A stretch of 64,000 nucleotides of DNA from Thermodesulfovibrionales bacterium (GCA_963753165.1 CAVWBP010000002.1:80301-144300), one strand, 5' to 3'; counted from the stretch's first letter, positions 1 through 10,567 are shown. Numbers and translations are program-made. Notes: a model not told the origin generated them from the letters alone.

Positions 1-748
1 TGTCTTTTCTGAAACCGGTCTTGGTGATGGTCATGTTTCAGATAGCGATCCTCAAGCAGCCTGATTTCGGGGCGGCGATGAGCCTCGCGTTTCTTACCTT
101 TGCAATGCTTTTTCTTTCCGGGGTGCGGCTCAGATATATCGCATCGCTCTCTTTGTCTGGCCCTTCCTGTTGTGGTAAAGCTTGCCATGGCAGCCTTACC
201 GCCTCAGAAGGATAACCTCATTCCTTGACCCATGGGATGATCCGCAGGGAAGCGGATTCCAGCTTATACAGTCTTTTATCGCACTCGGAAGCGGAGGCAT
301 AACAGGAGTAGGACTTGGAAGTTCGAAACAGAAGCTCGCGTATCTGCCGGAATCTCATACGGATTTTATCTTCTCCATTATCGGAGAAGAGTTTGGGTTC
401 ATCGGGGTGATGGTAGTGATCGCCCTCTTCCTGTTCCTGTTCATCAAGGGCATTGCGATCGCATACAGGGCAAAAGACCAGTTTGTCTATTATCTTGCAA
501 CAGGGCTTTCGCTGATGATTGCCCTGCAGGCGCTCATAAATTTTGCAGTTGCAACCGGTATGGTGCCCACGAAAGGGCTGCCGTTGCCGTTTATCAGTTA
601 CGGAGGTTCTTCTCTCCTGGTGAATATGGTTGCAGTCGGAATCCTTCTGAATATTTCAAGGGGAGAGGAGAGAAGCGAGATGCCGGGTATGAACCGGGAA
701 ATACTGGCGAGGAGAAAAGCGCGAAGGACTGTCTATGGGACCAAATAG
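1..748 (+). pseudogene. ftsW: FtsW/RodA-family (SEDS) cell-division protein; 5' end lies outside the window; frame switches twice near 155-190 as assembled
   Basis: Frame 0 reads LKQPDFGAAMSLAFLTFAMLFLSG. Frame 1 reads LALPVVVKLAMA. Frame 2 reads PYRLRRITSFLDPWDDPQGSGFQLIQSFIALGSGG...LPESHTDFIFSIIGEEFGF. The gene lies directly upstream of murG. Confidence 0.85.
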
Positions 749-781
749 CAACCGGAAAACATTCGGGAAATTGAAAGGTTT

Positions 782-1918
782 ATGCGGGTGATAATTGCAG
801 GCGGAGGTACAGGCGGACATCTCTTCCCGGGACTTGCCGTCGCGGAAGAATTGAAGCAGAGGAATGCTTCCACTGAAGTGATATTCGTAGGGACCGAGCA
901 CGGTATCGAAGCCAGGGTGGTTCCGAGGGAGGGATATCCGATAAGGTTTCTGCGTGCAGAAGGGATTGTAGGGGTATCCCCTGTGAAAAAGATCAGAGCC
1001 ATATTCAGGGCATTCCTCTCGACCGTCGATTCATACCGCATCATCAAAACGGTCAAGCCCGATATGGTGATCGGAGTGGGAGGATATGCATCAGGCGCTC
1101 TTGTGCTTGTCGCACATTTCATGTCGATCCCGACCATGATCCTTGAACAGAATTCCATGCCCGGACTTACAAACAAGATACTCGGCAAATTTGTGAATTC
1201 AATATGCGTGACATATCAGGAAAGCATTTCCTTCTTCCCCCGGGAAAAGACTTTTCTCACCGGCAATCCCGTGAGGTTGCAGGTGCTTAAGGGGAGCATT
1301 GAGTCTGCGTACCGGCTGTTCTCGCTCGAAGAAGGATTATTTACTATCTTTACTTTTGGAGGGAGTGCCGGTGCACGGAGCATCAATACCGCCATGGTGG
1401 ACGCCCTGAATCATCTCTATGACCTGAAAGACCAGATTCAGTTCTTCCATCAGACCGGGGTCAGGGATTATGAAAATGTCCGGGAGGCGTACCGGAAGGC
1501 AGGGTTCAAGGGGACAATCACTCCCTTTGTTTACCAGATGGGCGAAGCGTATGCAGTGGCGGATATCGTAGTCTCACGGGCAGGGGCGACAACACTCGCG
1601 GAAATAACCACCCTGGGAAAGCCGTCCATCCTGGTCCCGTATCCCTACGCGGCAGGCAACCATCAGGAGTTGAACGCAAAGAAACTCGTTGAAATAGGCG
1701 CGGCAAAAATGATACCGGACCGGGAGTTGAACGGAGAAGCTTTGGCAGCGTCGATACGGGAACTCTATCTGAACGAGTCCCTGAGAATTGAGATGCGGAA
1801 AAACAGCAGGACGGTCGGAAGACCGGAAGCCTGCGAAAAAATTGTGGATATCGCACTGAGCCTGATGAAACAGTCCGGTGGCAATGGGCATCAGACGGAA
1901 GGGAAAGCGCGTGTTTGA
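782..1918 (+). CDS. murG: UDP-GlcNAc:lipid I N-acetylglucosaminyltransferase MurG
   Basis: N-terminus MRVIIAGGGTGGHLFPGLAVAEEL. C-terminal half contains SRAGATTLAEITTLGKPSILVPYPYAAGNHQELNA. Position in the dcw cluster fits. Confidence 0.93.
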   Translation: MRVIIAGGGTGGHLFPGLAVAEELKQRNASTEVIFVGTEHGIEARVVPREGYPIRFLRAEGIVGVSPVKKIRAIFRAFLSTVDSYRIIKTVKPDMVIGVGGYASGALVLVAHFMSIPTMILEQNSMPGLTNKILGKFVNSICVTYQESISFFPREKTFLTGNPVRLQVLKGSIESAYRLFSLEEGLFTIFTFGGSAGARSINTAMVDALNHLYDLKDQIQFFHQTGVRDYENVREAYRKAGFKGTITPFVYQMGEAYAVADIVVSRAGATTLAEITTLGKPSILVPYPYAAGNHQELNAKKLVEIGAAKMIPDRELNGEALAASIRELYLNESLRIEMRKNSRTVGRPEACEKIVDIALSLMKQSGGNGHQTEGKARV

Positions 1919-3323
1919 ACGGTACAGGGTAATATACTTTGTCGGCATCGGGGGCATCGGGATGTCGGGGATTGCGGAACTGCTTCACAACCTCGGCTAT
2001 GAAGTTACCGGTTCGGATCTGAGAGAGTCGGAAACAACAACCCGGTTAAGGGTCCTGGGCATCAAGGTCCATATCGGCCATAGAGCAGAAAATATCGATG
2101 ATGCTCATGTCCTGGTAATCTCCTCTGCAGTCTCAGGAAGCAATCCCGAAGTTGCCGAGGCACGGAGAAAATCAATCCCTGTCATTCCGCGGGCCGAGAT
2201 GCTTGCGGAACTCACGAACCTGGTCGGCAACCTGAAATACGGGATACTCATTGCAGGAGCACATGGAAAGACGACGACGACATCCCTTATCGCAACTGTT
2301 CTTGCACAAAATGCGCTCGATCCTACGGTCGTTATCGGAGGGAAACTGAAGGCACCGGGAAGTAATACAAGGCTTGGCACGGGTGAGTTTCTCGTTGCTG
2401 AAGCAGACGAAAGTGACGGCTCGTTCCTCAAGCTCTCTCCGACAATTGCCGTCGTCACAAATATCGACAGGGAACATATGGATTTTTTCAGGACCATGGA
2501 ATCGTTAAAAGATGCATTTCTCTCGTTTATCAATAAAGTGCCCTTCTATGGCACATCAGTAATCTGTATCGAAAACAAACATATCCGGGACCTCCTCCCG
2601 TTTGTCGAGAGGCGGTATCTTGCTTACGGTCTTACGAAAAAGGCAGAACTCTATGCGGAGAATATCAGGACAGGTTTTATGTCGGTAACCTTTGATGTTG
2701 TCTATAAAGGATTACAGCTTGGAAATTTTGAACTCCCGGCGCCCGGCGCCCATAATGTCCTGAACAGTCTGGCAGCTATCGGGGTTGCTTTGGTGCTCAA
2801 TCTTGATATCGCGGTAGTGAAGGACGCACTCAGGGGGTTCAGCGGCATTCAGAGAAGACTCGAGTTTAAGGGCGAGGCAGGGGGAATAAAAATATACGAC
2901 GATTACGGACATCATCCGACAGAGATCAAGGCAACGCTAAAAGCGATAAAAGAAGGACTTATTTCAGGGAGGCAGCAGTCCGGAAGGTTAATCGTCCTTT
3001 TTCAGCCGCATCGATACACCAGGACAAAGGACCTTATGGAAGAATTTGCCCTGTCATTTCATGACGCCGATATGCTCCTGCTCCTCGATATTTATCCCGC
3101 AGGGGAAAAACCGGTGCGTGGTGTGAAAACGCCGAAACTTTGCGAAAAAATCAGGGAGGCGGGGCAGGGCAATGTCCTGTATCTCAAGGACCGAGAAAAG
3201 GCAATTGCCTATGGGCTTGCAAATCTCAGGCAGGGAGATATCTTCCTCACACTTGGGGCCGGGAACGTCTGGCAAACCGGGGAGACAATGCTTCTGAAGT
3301 TACAGGAAAAAAGTGAGGGATGA
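1878..3323 (+). CDS. murC: UDP-N-acetylmuramate--L-alanine ligase MurC (true start may be GTG 1911 or ATG 1884)
   Basis: Contains YFVGIGGIGMSGIAELLHNLGYEVTGSD, the AGAHGKTTTTSLIA P-loop, and DDYGHHPTEI. Overlaps the murG stop. Confidence 0.92.
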   Translation: MAMGIRRKGKRVFERYRVIYFVGIGGIGMSGIAELLHNLGYEVTGSDLRESETTTRLRVLGIKVHIGHRAENIDDAHVLVISSAVSGSNPEVAEARRKSIPVIPRAEMLAELTNLVGNLKYGILIAGAHGKTTTTSLIATVLAQNALDPTVVIGGKLKAPGSNTRLGTGEFLVAEADESDGSFLKLSPTIAVVTNIDREHMDFFRTMESLKDAFLSFINKVPFYGTSVICIENKHIRDLLPFVERRYLAYGLTKKAELYAENIRTGFMSVTFDVVYKGLQLGNFELPAPGAHNVLNSLAAIGVALVLNLDIAVVKDALRGFSGIQRRLEFKGEAGGIKIYDDYGHHPTEIKATLKAIKEGLISGRQQSGRLIVLFQPHRYTRTKDLMEEFALSFHDADMLLLLDIYPAGEKPVRGVKTPKLCEKIREAGQGNVLYLKDREKAIAYGLANLRQGDIFLTLGAGNVWQTGETMLLKLQEKSEG

Positions 3324-4245
3324 ACAATTCAGGGCTATTTTTGCTGAGGGTTTTTTTGAAGGAGAGGTCCGGTTTATGGAGCTGATGAGCAACCATACCT
3401 CGCTGCGCATCGGAGGGGCTGCGGAAATCTTTGCCATGCCAAGGGACCTTGATTCGCTGAGGAATATTCACCTGAACCTGCAAAAAAGCAATATTCCCTA
3501 TATTGCCCTGGGCAGCGGGACAAATATCCTGATCAGGGATGGAGGGATAGAGGGTGCGGTCGTGCTGCTCAGGTCGCTGAAAAAGATCGAGACCCTGCGT
3601 GAGGAGGACGAATTCATATTCATCCATGCAGACGCCGGTGCGCTGCTCGCGAAGCTGGTCCGTTTCTCACAGGAGCACGGATATTCAGGATTGGAAGGAC
3701 TTGCAGGAATCCCCGGCACTGTCGGAGGCGCGATCTGCGGTAATTCCGGCGCATTCGGTTATGAAATAAAAGATGTTCTTGTTTCTCTTGAGATGATGGA
3801 CAGCGAAGGTATTGTGTCCCGGCGCAGAGCCGAAGATATAGCCTTCGGGTACAGAAAGTCCGGGATCAGGCCGGAGGAGTTCATCCTCGGGGCGGAGATA
3901 CGGCTGAAAAAAGACCATGCAGAAGCAGTCTCGAAAAGGATAGGAGAATTTTTGCGGACAAAACGGGAAAGGCAGCCTATATGGGAGCCCTCTGCCGGAT
4001 GCGTCTTTAAGAATCCTCCCGGGGCATCGGCAGGGAAGCTCCTCGACGAAGCCGGCTGCAAGGGCTCAAAAATCGGTGAGGTTGAGGTGAGCGAAGTGCA
4101 TGCAAATTTTTTCGTCAATAAAGGGAACGCAAACGCCTTGGATTTTATAAAGCTTATGGAACTGGTTTCGCTGAGAGTCGAAAAGAGGTTCGGGATACTC
4201 CTTGAACCGGAGATAAAGATTCTGGGGAGAGAAATTGCTGACTGA
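3313..4245 (+). CDS. murB: UDP-N-acetylenolpyruvoylglucosamine reductase MurB (GTG start)
   Basis: Contains [37 protein letters not shown] and [15 protein letters not shown]. Confidence 0.9.
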   Translation: MRDEQFRAIFAEGFFEGEVRFMELMSNHTSLRIGGAAEIFAMPRDLDSLRNIHLNLQKSNIPYIALGSGTNILIRDGGIEGAVVLLRSLKKIETLREEDEFIFIHADAGALLAKLVRFSQEHGYSGLEGLAGIPGTVGGAICGNSGAFGYEIKDVLVSLEMMDSEGIVSRRRAEDIAFGYRKSGIRPEEFILGAEIRLKKDHAEAVSKRIGEFLRTKRERQPIWEPSAGCVFKNPPGASAGKLLDEAGCKGSKIGEVEVSEVHANFFVNKGNANALDFIKLMELVSLRVEKRFGILLEPEIKILGREIAD

Positions 4246-5144
4246 CAGGAAGATAGGCGTGCTGATGGGCGGGATATCAGCCGAGAGGGAGGTGTCACTC
4301 CGGAGCGGCACTGCAATCTATCACGCGCTCAAAGGGCTAGGGTACCGCGCTGTTACCATAGACGTCGGGCAGGACTTCTGTGAGGTCCTGGGGAGAGAGA
4401 AAATAGAGATCGCCTTTCTTTCCCTCCATGGCGGATACGGCGAGAACGGCTCTATCCAGGGGATGCTCGAAGTGCTCGGGATTCCGTATACAGGGTCCGA
4501 TGTCCTTGCATCCGCCCTTGCAATGGACAAAGAGGCATCGAAAAAGATTTTTCTCTACCACGGCATACCGGTCCCGCCGTTCGTTATTATGAACAAAGAG
4601 CAAAGTGCAAAGAGTGTGGATTTCGCGCTTCCCTGGGTTGTGAAGCCTGCAGCCGAGGGTTCGAGCATCGGGGTGAGTATCGTCAAAAAGAAAGAGCAGC
4701 TGCAGGAAGCACTCGTCAAGGCGTATTCGCACGGATCACGGGTGATTATAGAAGAATTTATCGACGGCAAGGAAATACATATCGGCATACTCAACAAGAA
4801 GGCGCTCGGAGGGGTTGAAGTAAGACCGTCTCTTGAGTTTTATACCTATGAAGCGAAATATACTGCCGGTCTTACCCAATACATTCTGCCCCCCGAGATA
4901 GACGAAGCTGCGTACGAAAAAGCAAAAAGGACTGCGCTTGCCGCCCATAATGCCCTTGGGTGCAAGGGCGCTACCCGTGTAGACCTGCGGCTGGACCGGG
5001 ACGGGAATCCCTCTGTCCTTGAGGTCAACACAATACCGGGCATGACAGAGACAAGCCTCCTCCCCAAGATAGCAGGCCTTGCGGGACTTGAGCTTTCCCG
5101 GACTCATAGAAGAGATTCTCAGCGGGGTTCTTAATGAAAATTAG
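4235..5144 (+). CDS. ddl: D-alanine--D-alanine ligase; the last ~18 codons are in another frame as assembled (shift near 5088)
   Basis: Contains [19 protein letters not shown] and [17 protein letters not shown]. The ORF-track tail [14 protein letters not shown] is atypical. The +1 frame gives the Ddl-like end [17 protein letters not shown] with a stop at 5142-5144. Confidence 0.88.
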
Positions 5145-5898
5145 CAGGCTGAAGAAAAAGAACAGAAAGACATCGATAGCGGGCATTTTCAGGAAGAGCG
5201 CGGTAATCATCTCGCTCCTCGGGGTTTCCATCGGCGCATATCTTCTGATTCATTCCCTGCAGGCGGTCACTCTCCTGCCGATAACACAGATTCTGTTCAC
5301 CGGAAACAGACATCTTACCGATGAAGAGTTAAGTGCACTGTCTGGAGTGCATCTCCATGACAGTCTCCTCTCGCTCTCAGGAAAAGCGGTGAGCGAGCAG
5401 CTGCTCAAATCTCCGTGGATACGGTCGGTGCAAATGAGGAAACAGTTCCCGGATATCCTCTCGTTTGTGATCAAAGAGGCAGAGCCTTTTGCGCTTCTTG
5501 ACATGAAGGGGCATCTGTTCCTTGTAGACGAGAAAGGGACCCTGCTCGAGGAATTGAGGGACGATTCCATCCCTTTTCTCCCTGTTATTGCCGGAGACCC
5601 GTTTAAACAAAAAGAAGGATTTGCCGAAGCGGTGAGCCTTGCAAAAGTCATGAACGAGAAGGGTTTTGCAGCAGAAAGAGACCAGATCGAGATTATTGCC
5701 GACAGGCCGGAAGAACTGACCATAATGGTAGACGGAACCTATGTCAAGATAGGGAACGGTGATTACGAACAGAAACTCGAACGACTCGTGACTCTGGAAG
5801 AAGAGGTCAGGAGCAGGGGTATCCCAGTGGAGTATATCGATCTGCGCTTTGCAAACAGGGCAGTGGTAAAACCTATAGCAGATATGGTGGTTCAGTGA
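5134..5898 (+). CDS. ftsQ: Cell division protein FtsQ (POTRA domain)
   Basis: N-terminal basic region plus a TM segment (VIISLLGVSIGAYLLI). A POTRA-like ITQILFTGNRHLTDEEL follows. Lies between ddl and ftsA. Confidence 0.8.
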   Translation: MKISRLKKKNRKTSIAGIFRKSAVIISLLGVSIGAYLLIHSLQAVTLLPITQILFTGNRHLTDEELSALSGVHLHDSLLSLSGKAVSEQLLKSPWIRSVQMRKQFPDILSFVIKEAEPFALLDMKGHLFLVDEKGTLLEELRDDSIPFLPVIAGDPFKQKEGFAEAVSLAKVMNEKGFAAERDQIEIIADRPEELTIMVDGTYVKIGNGDYEQKLERLVTLEEEVRSRGIPVEYIDLRFANRAVVKPIADMVVQ

Positions 5899-7106
5899 AA
5901 AACGGGAATATTGTTGTAGGCCTTGATATCGGAACGACTAAAATCTGCGCCATTGTCGGTGAGGTTATCGAGGGAACACTGGAGTTCCGGAACGTGAGCG
6001 TATCGCCTTCTACAGGCCTGAGAAAAGGCGTGGTTGTAAACATAGAAGAGACCGTCTCATCTATCAGAGACGCAGTGAGGATGGCAGAGTCTGCTGCAGG
6101 AATCGAGATTCATACGGTATATGTCGGGATTTCCGGAGGTCATGTTAAGGGGCTCGACAGCTACGGTGCGGTTGGTATCCGGGGAAAAGAAGTGAAACCC
6201 GTAGATGTGAACCGGGTGATAGACTCTGCAAAGGCGGTCTATGTGCCCCTCGACAGGGAGGTTCTCCACGTCATACCCACAGGATATACCCTTGACGGGC
6301 AGAACGGCATCAGAGACCCGATCGGCATGGCAGGGGTGAGGCTTGAAGCAAAAGTGTATATTCTCACCGGTGCGGTGAGTTCTGTGCAGAACCTTGTGAA
6401 ATGCTGCGAGAAGGCAGGGCTTGAGGTTATCGATATCGTGTTTGAGCCTCTTGCTTCGGCGGAAGCGATCCTTACAGACGATGAGAGAGAACTCGGCGTG
6501 GCAATTGTTGATGTCGGCGGCGGGACAACGGATATCATCCTCTATAAGGATGGATGGCTGAGGCATTCTTCGGTCCTTGCGCTTGGAGGAAATCATTTTA
6601 CGAACGACATCGCGGTAGGATTGAGGCTTCCTGTGACCGAGGCTGAACGGGTGAAAAAGAGCTTCGGCCACGCGGTCACTACTCTGGTCGAAGATAGTGA
6701 AGAGATAGAGATATTCCAGGCGGGACAGGGCAGGAAGATACTGAGGAGGCATGTGGCTGAAATCATCCAGCCGCGCGCAGAGGAGCTTCTTGAATTAATT
6801 AAAGCTGAACTCCGTTCCTGTTCCGGCTACGATATCGCAGCGACGGGAGTCGTCATGACCGGCGGCGGGTCCCTGCTTGAAGGCATGGACAGAATGGCGG
6901 AAGCGATCCTGGAACTGCCTGTCAGAATTGGGTTCCCGATAGGGATCAGGGGATGTGCCGAGATTGAAAAAAATCCGATGTATGCAACCGGAGCAGGACT
7001 TGTGCTCTATGGCTTTGATTCGGAAAGCGATAAAGTCTTTTACCCTGATGCGTTCGCCGGCATATTCGAAAAGATGAAAGAATGGGTCAAAGGGATCTTC
7101 ATATAA
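5895..7106 (+). CDS. ftsA: Cell division protein FtsA (actin-like ATPase)
   Basis: Contains VGLDIGTTKICAIVGE and VAIVDVGGGTTDIILY. C-terminal amphipathic tail IFEKMKEWVKGIFI. Confidence 0.93.
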   Translation: MKNGNIVVGLDIGTTKICAIVGEVIEGTLEFRNVSVSPSTGLRKGVVVNIEETVSSIRDAVRMAESAAGIEIHTVYVGISGGHVKGLDSYGAVGIRGKEVKPVDVNRVIDSAKAVYVPLDREVLHVIPTGYTLDGQNGIRDPIGMAGVRLEAKVYILTGAVSSVQNLVKCCEKAGLEVIDIVFEPLASAEAILTDDERELGVAIVDVGGGTTDIILYKDGWLRHSSVLALGGNHFTNDIAVGLRLPVTEAERVKKSFGHAVTTLVEDSEEIEIFQAGQGRKILRRHVAEIIQPRAEELLELIKAELRSCSGYDIAATGVVMTGGGSLLEGMDRMAEAILELPVRIGFPIGIRGCAEIEKNPMYATGAGLVLYGFDSESDKVFYPDAFAGIFEKMKEWVKGIFI

Positions 7107-7130
7107 CAATACAAAGAGGAGGGAGAACAG

Positions 7131-8297
7131 ATGTTTGAAATCGAAGAAGTAAAAGGGCAGAGAGCAAAAATCAGAGTTATCGGCGTCGGGGGAGCCGGTG
7201 GAAATGCCATTAATAATATGATCGCCTCAAACCTGCAGGGAGTCGAGTTTGTGGCAATCAACACAGATATGCAGGCCCTTGAAACGAACCTTGCGCCCGT
7301 GAAGGTGCAGATAGGGGCCAACCTTACCCGTGGCCTTGGCGCAGGGTCAAATCCCCAGATCGGCAGGGATGCGGCGCTTGAAGACACCGCAGCCATCGCC
7401 GAACATCTCGACGGGTCTGATATGGTCTTTATCACCGCCGGTATGGGTGGCGGAACAGGAACCGGCGCGGGTCCCGTGATCGCAAGTGTGGCAAAGGAAC
7501 TCGGCGCCATCACCGTTGCGGTGATCACCAGGCCTTTCTTCTATGAGGGAAAAGTGAGATATCTGAATGCGGAAGAAGGGATCATGGAATTAAAAAAACA
7601 CGTTGATACCCTCATCGTGATACCGAATGACAAGATCGGCCTTGTTGTTGAAAAAGGCACCCCGCTCCTCAAATCATTCGCGGTGGCGAATGATGTCCTG
7701 AAACAGGCGGTCCAGGGAATTTCCGACATTATTCTGATACCGGGGCTCATCAATGTTGACTTCGCGGACGTGAGAACGATCATCGAGGATAAGGGCCGCG
7801 GAGTCATGGGCGCCGGAACGGGAAGAGGAGATACCGGGGCGCTCGATGCAGCGAAAAAGGCTATATCCAATCCGTTGCTCGAAGATTCTTCCATCGAGGG
7901 AGCAAAGGGTATCCTTGTGAACATCACCGGCGGGCTCGAACTTTCGCTCAACGATGTTCAGGATGCCGTGTCATACATATATGATTCTTCCCACGAGGAA
8001 GTGCACCTCATATTCGGCGCAGTGATCAATCCCGACATCGGAGACGAGGTGCGGGTTACGGTGATCGCTACCGGATTCGATGCGCAGAAAGAGAAGGTAG
8101 ATCTTCCCCAGGTGAAGAAGTGGGCTCCTCTGAAACACCCTGTCAGTCTGAAAGGTTCAGAGCGGGTATTGTCAAAGAACATGAGATCTGAATTAGGGAT
8201 AGATGTCGTGACGACGGAGATCATGTCCACCTATGAGAACAATATTGACATACCTGCTTTTTTACGAAAAGCTCCCCAACCCCAAAAGGAAGTATAG
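7131..8297 (+). CDS. ftsZ: Cell division GTPase FtsZ
   Basis: Contains IRVIGVGGAGGNAINNM, the tubulin signature FITAGMGGGTGTGAGPV, and the conserved C-terminal peptide DIPAFLRK. Confidence 0.97.
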   Translation: MFEIEEVKGQRAKIRVIGVGGAGGNAINNMIASNLQGVEFVAINTDMQALETNLAPVKVQIGANLTRGLGAGSNPQIGRDAALEDTAAIAEHLDGSDMVFITAGMGGGTGTGAGPVIASVAKELGAITVAVITRPFFYEGKVRYLNAEEGIMELKKHVDTLIVIPNDKIGLVVEKGTPLLKSFAVANDVLKQAVQGISDIILIPGLINVDFADVRTIIEDKGRGVMGAGTGRGDTGALDAAKKAISNPLLEDSSIEGAKGILVNITGGLELSLNDVQDAVSYIYDSSHEEVHLIFGAVINPDIGDEVRVTVIATGFDAQKEKVDLPQVKKWAPLKHPVSLKGSERVLSKNMRSELGIDVVTTEIMSTYENNIDIPAFLRKAPQPQKEV

Positions 8298-8372
8298 CTT
8301 TCCCTCCCACGAGGGGTCTCCTCCCCCGGAGGCCCCTCCCCCTCCATCAATAATGCGACAGATCAATTCATC

Positions 8373-8837
8373 TTGCTTTTTCTCACCGCTTGTACTATTT
8401 TGAAGGGAATGAAAAACCAGGTGAAGTATCTCCAGAATCTTTTTTATGACCTTTTCAACGATTACGGACGGGTCTATGTCGCGGTGAAATATTCTGAGCA
8501 TACCACTATCGGACAGAGAGGATTTACCGAGGAAGAGAAAGAGAAAGGGCTCGTGCTCGTCTTCACCCAGAGCAACTACAGAGACCTTCAATGGACGGAG
8601 GACGGAAGCATTCGCGCCAAGCTCGGATTCGGCGCCGGGAACAGGCCCGAGAAGTGTTTCTTCAGGGCGGACGACATCGTTTCGGTTTTTTCACCGGACG
8701 CAAAGGTGCGGTTTGACCGGTGGGACTGGCTTGGAGAAGATGAGTCGACCAAAGCGGAGACTCCCGTGGCAGAAGAGAAAATACCAAACGATGAAAAAGT
8801 AGTCACCCTCGACAAGTTCAGAAAACAGAAGAAGTAG
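8373..8837 (+). CDS. SspB-like ClpXP adaptor candidate (alternative start ATG 8409)
   Basis: By eye, the layout LFNDYGRVYVAVKY...GLVLVFTQSNYRDLQWTEDGSIRAKLGFGAGNRPEKCFFRADDIVSVFSPDAKVRF resembles the SspB fold pattern, followed by an acidic or unstructured tail. Not verified by search. Confidence 0.45.
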   Translation: MLFLTACTILKGMKNQVKYLQNLFYDLFNDYGRVYVAVKYSEHTTIGQRGFTEEEKEKGLVLVFTQSNYRDLQWTEDGSIRAKLGFGAGNRPEKCFFRADDIVSVFSPDAKVRFDRWDWLGEDESTKAETPVAEEKIPNDEKVVTLDKFRKQKK

Positions 8838-8856
8838 AACCTCTCCATAAAGTTAT

Positions 8857-8943
8857 GTCATTGTACGGCTTGACCGGACAATCCAGTCCCGAAAGCTTTC
8901 AGGATTGACAACACTGGATTCCCCGATCAAGTCGGGGAATGAC
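8857..8943. repeat. Family-C intergenic palindromic element (GTCATT...AATGAC termini), copy 1
   Basis: Sequence gtcattgtacggcttgaccggacaatcc...cccgaaagctttc...ggattccccgatcaagtcggggaatgac. The two halves are mutually inverted. Confidence 0.8.
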
Positions 8944-8990
8944 GGATAACTTAATTTTCAGTTTTCAGATAAACTTGGCAGATGAATGTA

Positions 8991-10346
8991 TCAGGGTTGT
9001 TTCACTTTCCTCTGTAAGGTTCTGAGGCCGATATTCAGCAGTTTTGCAGCCTGTGTTTTGTTCCCGCCCGTTCTCTTCAGGGAGAACTCAATAACCTTCT
9101 TTTCAATTTCAGCGAGAGTAAGGTCTTTCGGTATCTGATAATATTCGTTGTGTTCAAGGGGGTTGAGCAGCAGAAATGAGGGGAGATACTTCGCCTCGAT
9201 GATCTCTCCCTCAGCGAGCGCCATTGCTGATTCAAGGGCATTTTCGAGTTCACGGATATTGCCGGGCCAGGGGTAGTTGATGAGTATCTGCATGGCGTCT
9301 TTCCCGATGCCTTTCATCTGATACCCCTTCTCAGTGTTTAATTTATTGATGAAATAACTTACGAGCAGGGGGATATCTTCAGAACGGTCCCTGAGTGCGG
9401 GCATTTCGATATTCACGACATTTAGGCGATAGTAGAGGTCTTTCCTGAAATGTCCTTCTTCAATCAGTTTCTTCAGGTCCCTGTTTGTTGCCGCGAGGAC
9501 CCGTACATCCACTTTCTTAGTTTCGTTCCCTCCCACCCGCTCGAACTCCCTTTCCTGCAACACCCGGAGGAGTTTTATCTGGATGTTTGGGGAAACGTCC
9601 CCTATTTCATCAAGGAAGATTGTGCCACCGTCTGCAAGTTCGAACCTGCCTACCCGTGTTGCGCTCGCGCCGGTGAATGCGCCTTTCTCATGCCCGAAGA
9701 GTTCGGAGTCGAGGACGCCTTCGCTCAATGCTGCACAGTTTAGTTTTATAAAAGGTTTTGCGGAGCGCGGGCTGTTGTAATGAATCGCGCCCGCAACAAG
9801 TTCCTTCCCTGTCCCTGTTTCTCCTGAAATAAGAATGTTGACATTTTTTTGGGCTACTGAGCTTACGATATCCACTACATGCTTGATCGCCTTACTCCGT
9901 CCGATGATATTCCTGTAATCAAACTGTTCCTGGATCTTCAGTACAAGGGCCGATTTTTCGAAGAAGAGGATCTGTTTTTCTATTGCCTTGTCAATAACGG
10001 TATGCAACAGTCTTTTGTCGACAGGGAGCTGATAGAAATCATACGCGCCCTCTTTCATTGCCTCGGTCGCTTTCGAGAGGTTCACGTTTTCCGAAAGGAA
10101 GATCACCTCGATATAGGGCTTGAGGGACTTCACTTTTCTTAGAAATTTGAGGCTGTCTTTTGGAAGGTCATAGTCACAAATAATAATATGGATAGGCTCA
10201 TTCTTGATGATCATTACCGCTTCACTGATGGAAGCAGTCACATAGGGAATGAAATCCTTGTGTTTTTTCAGGCCGGCAATCAGGTCTTCCCATCCTTTGT
10301 TCCGGGTTCCGATGATGACCAGAATATGGCTTGTCTTTTCTCTCAT
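8991..10346 (-). CDS. Sigma-54-dependent transcriptional activator (NtrC-family EBP) with an atypical receiver domain
   Basis: AAA+ sigma-54 interaction domain: GETGTGKELVAGAIH, GAFTGA, ELENALE. C-terminal Fis-type HTH: GNKTQAAKLLNIGLRTLQRKV. The N-terminal receiver lacks the acidic pair (ILVIIGTRN). Confidence 0.9.
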   Translation of the reverse strand: MREKTSHILVIIGTRNKGWEDLIAGLKKHKDFIPYVTASISEAVMIIKNEPIHIIICDYDLPKDSLKFLRKVKSLKPYIEVIFLSENVNLSKATEAMKEGAYDFYQLPVDKRLLHTVIDKAIEKQILFFEKSALVLKIQEQFDYRNIIGRSKAIKHVVDIVSSVAQKNVNILISGETGTGKELVAGAIHYNSPRSAKPFIKLNCAALSEGVLDSELFGHEKGAFTGASATRVGRFELADGGTIFLDEIGDVSPNIQIKLLRVLQEREFERVGGNETKKVDVRVLAATNRDLKKLIEEGHFRKDLYYRLNVVNIEMPALRDRSEDIPLLVSYFINKLNTEKGYQMKGIGKDAMQILINYPWPGNIRELENALESAMALAEGEIIEAKYLPSFLLLNPLEHNEYYQIPKDLTLAEIEKKVIEFSLKRTGGNKTQAAKLLNIGLRTLQRKVKQP

Positions 10347-10447
10347 CCCGCGTTATTTTGACCTCCATAAAGGGATTAATTAAGAACAGTATACCCTATT
10401 TATGTCAAAGTGGCATAGTTAAAAAGCATTAATCGATTTTTATATGT

Positions 10448-10473
10448 CATTATGGCACGCATATGCCAGAATG
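10448..10473. promoter_or_regulatory. 10-6-10 inverted repeat, candidate EBP upstream activating site
   Basis: CATTATGGCA-cgcata-TGCCAGAATG, with 9 of 10 arm positions complementary. It lies about 80 bp upstream of the sigma-54-like element at 10553 and about 100 bp from the EBP start codon. Confidence 0.35.
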
Positions 10474-10552
10474 GATAATGAATAAGGGGAGAATCACTTA
10501 AGGTTCCTGGTAACTCATTGAATTTGAATAATTATTGTCTTTCCTTTCGATC

Positions 10553-10567
10553 TGGCACAGGAATTGA
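10553..10567 (+). promoter_or_regulatory. Candidate sigma-54 (-24/-12) promoter facing the lipoprotein/L,D-transpeptidase operon
   Basis: TGGCACaggaaTTGA has a perfect -24 TGGCAC and correct GG-N10 spacing. The -12 dinucleotide is GA instead of GC. Confidence 0.35.

Noticed and set aside
8262-8591. 109-aa minus-strand ORF between ftsZ and the SspB-like gene
   Set aside because: It overlaps the plus-strand SspB-like ORF, and its N-terminal part is the translation of the CCTCC/GGAGG repeat patch (GGGASGGGDPSWEG). No independent support exists.
10452-10467. TGGCACgcataTGCC as the sigma-54 promoter
   Set aside because: The GG-to-GC spacing is one nucleotide short (N9). The sequence is the core of a symmetric 10-6-10 palindrome, so it is better explained as a protein-binding site. 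The element at 10553-10567 has the correct spacing.
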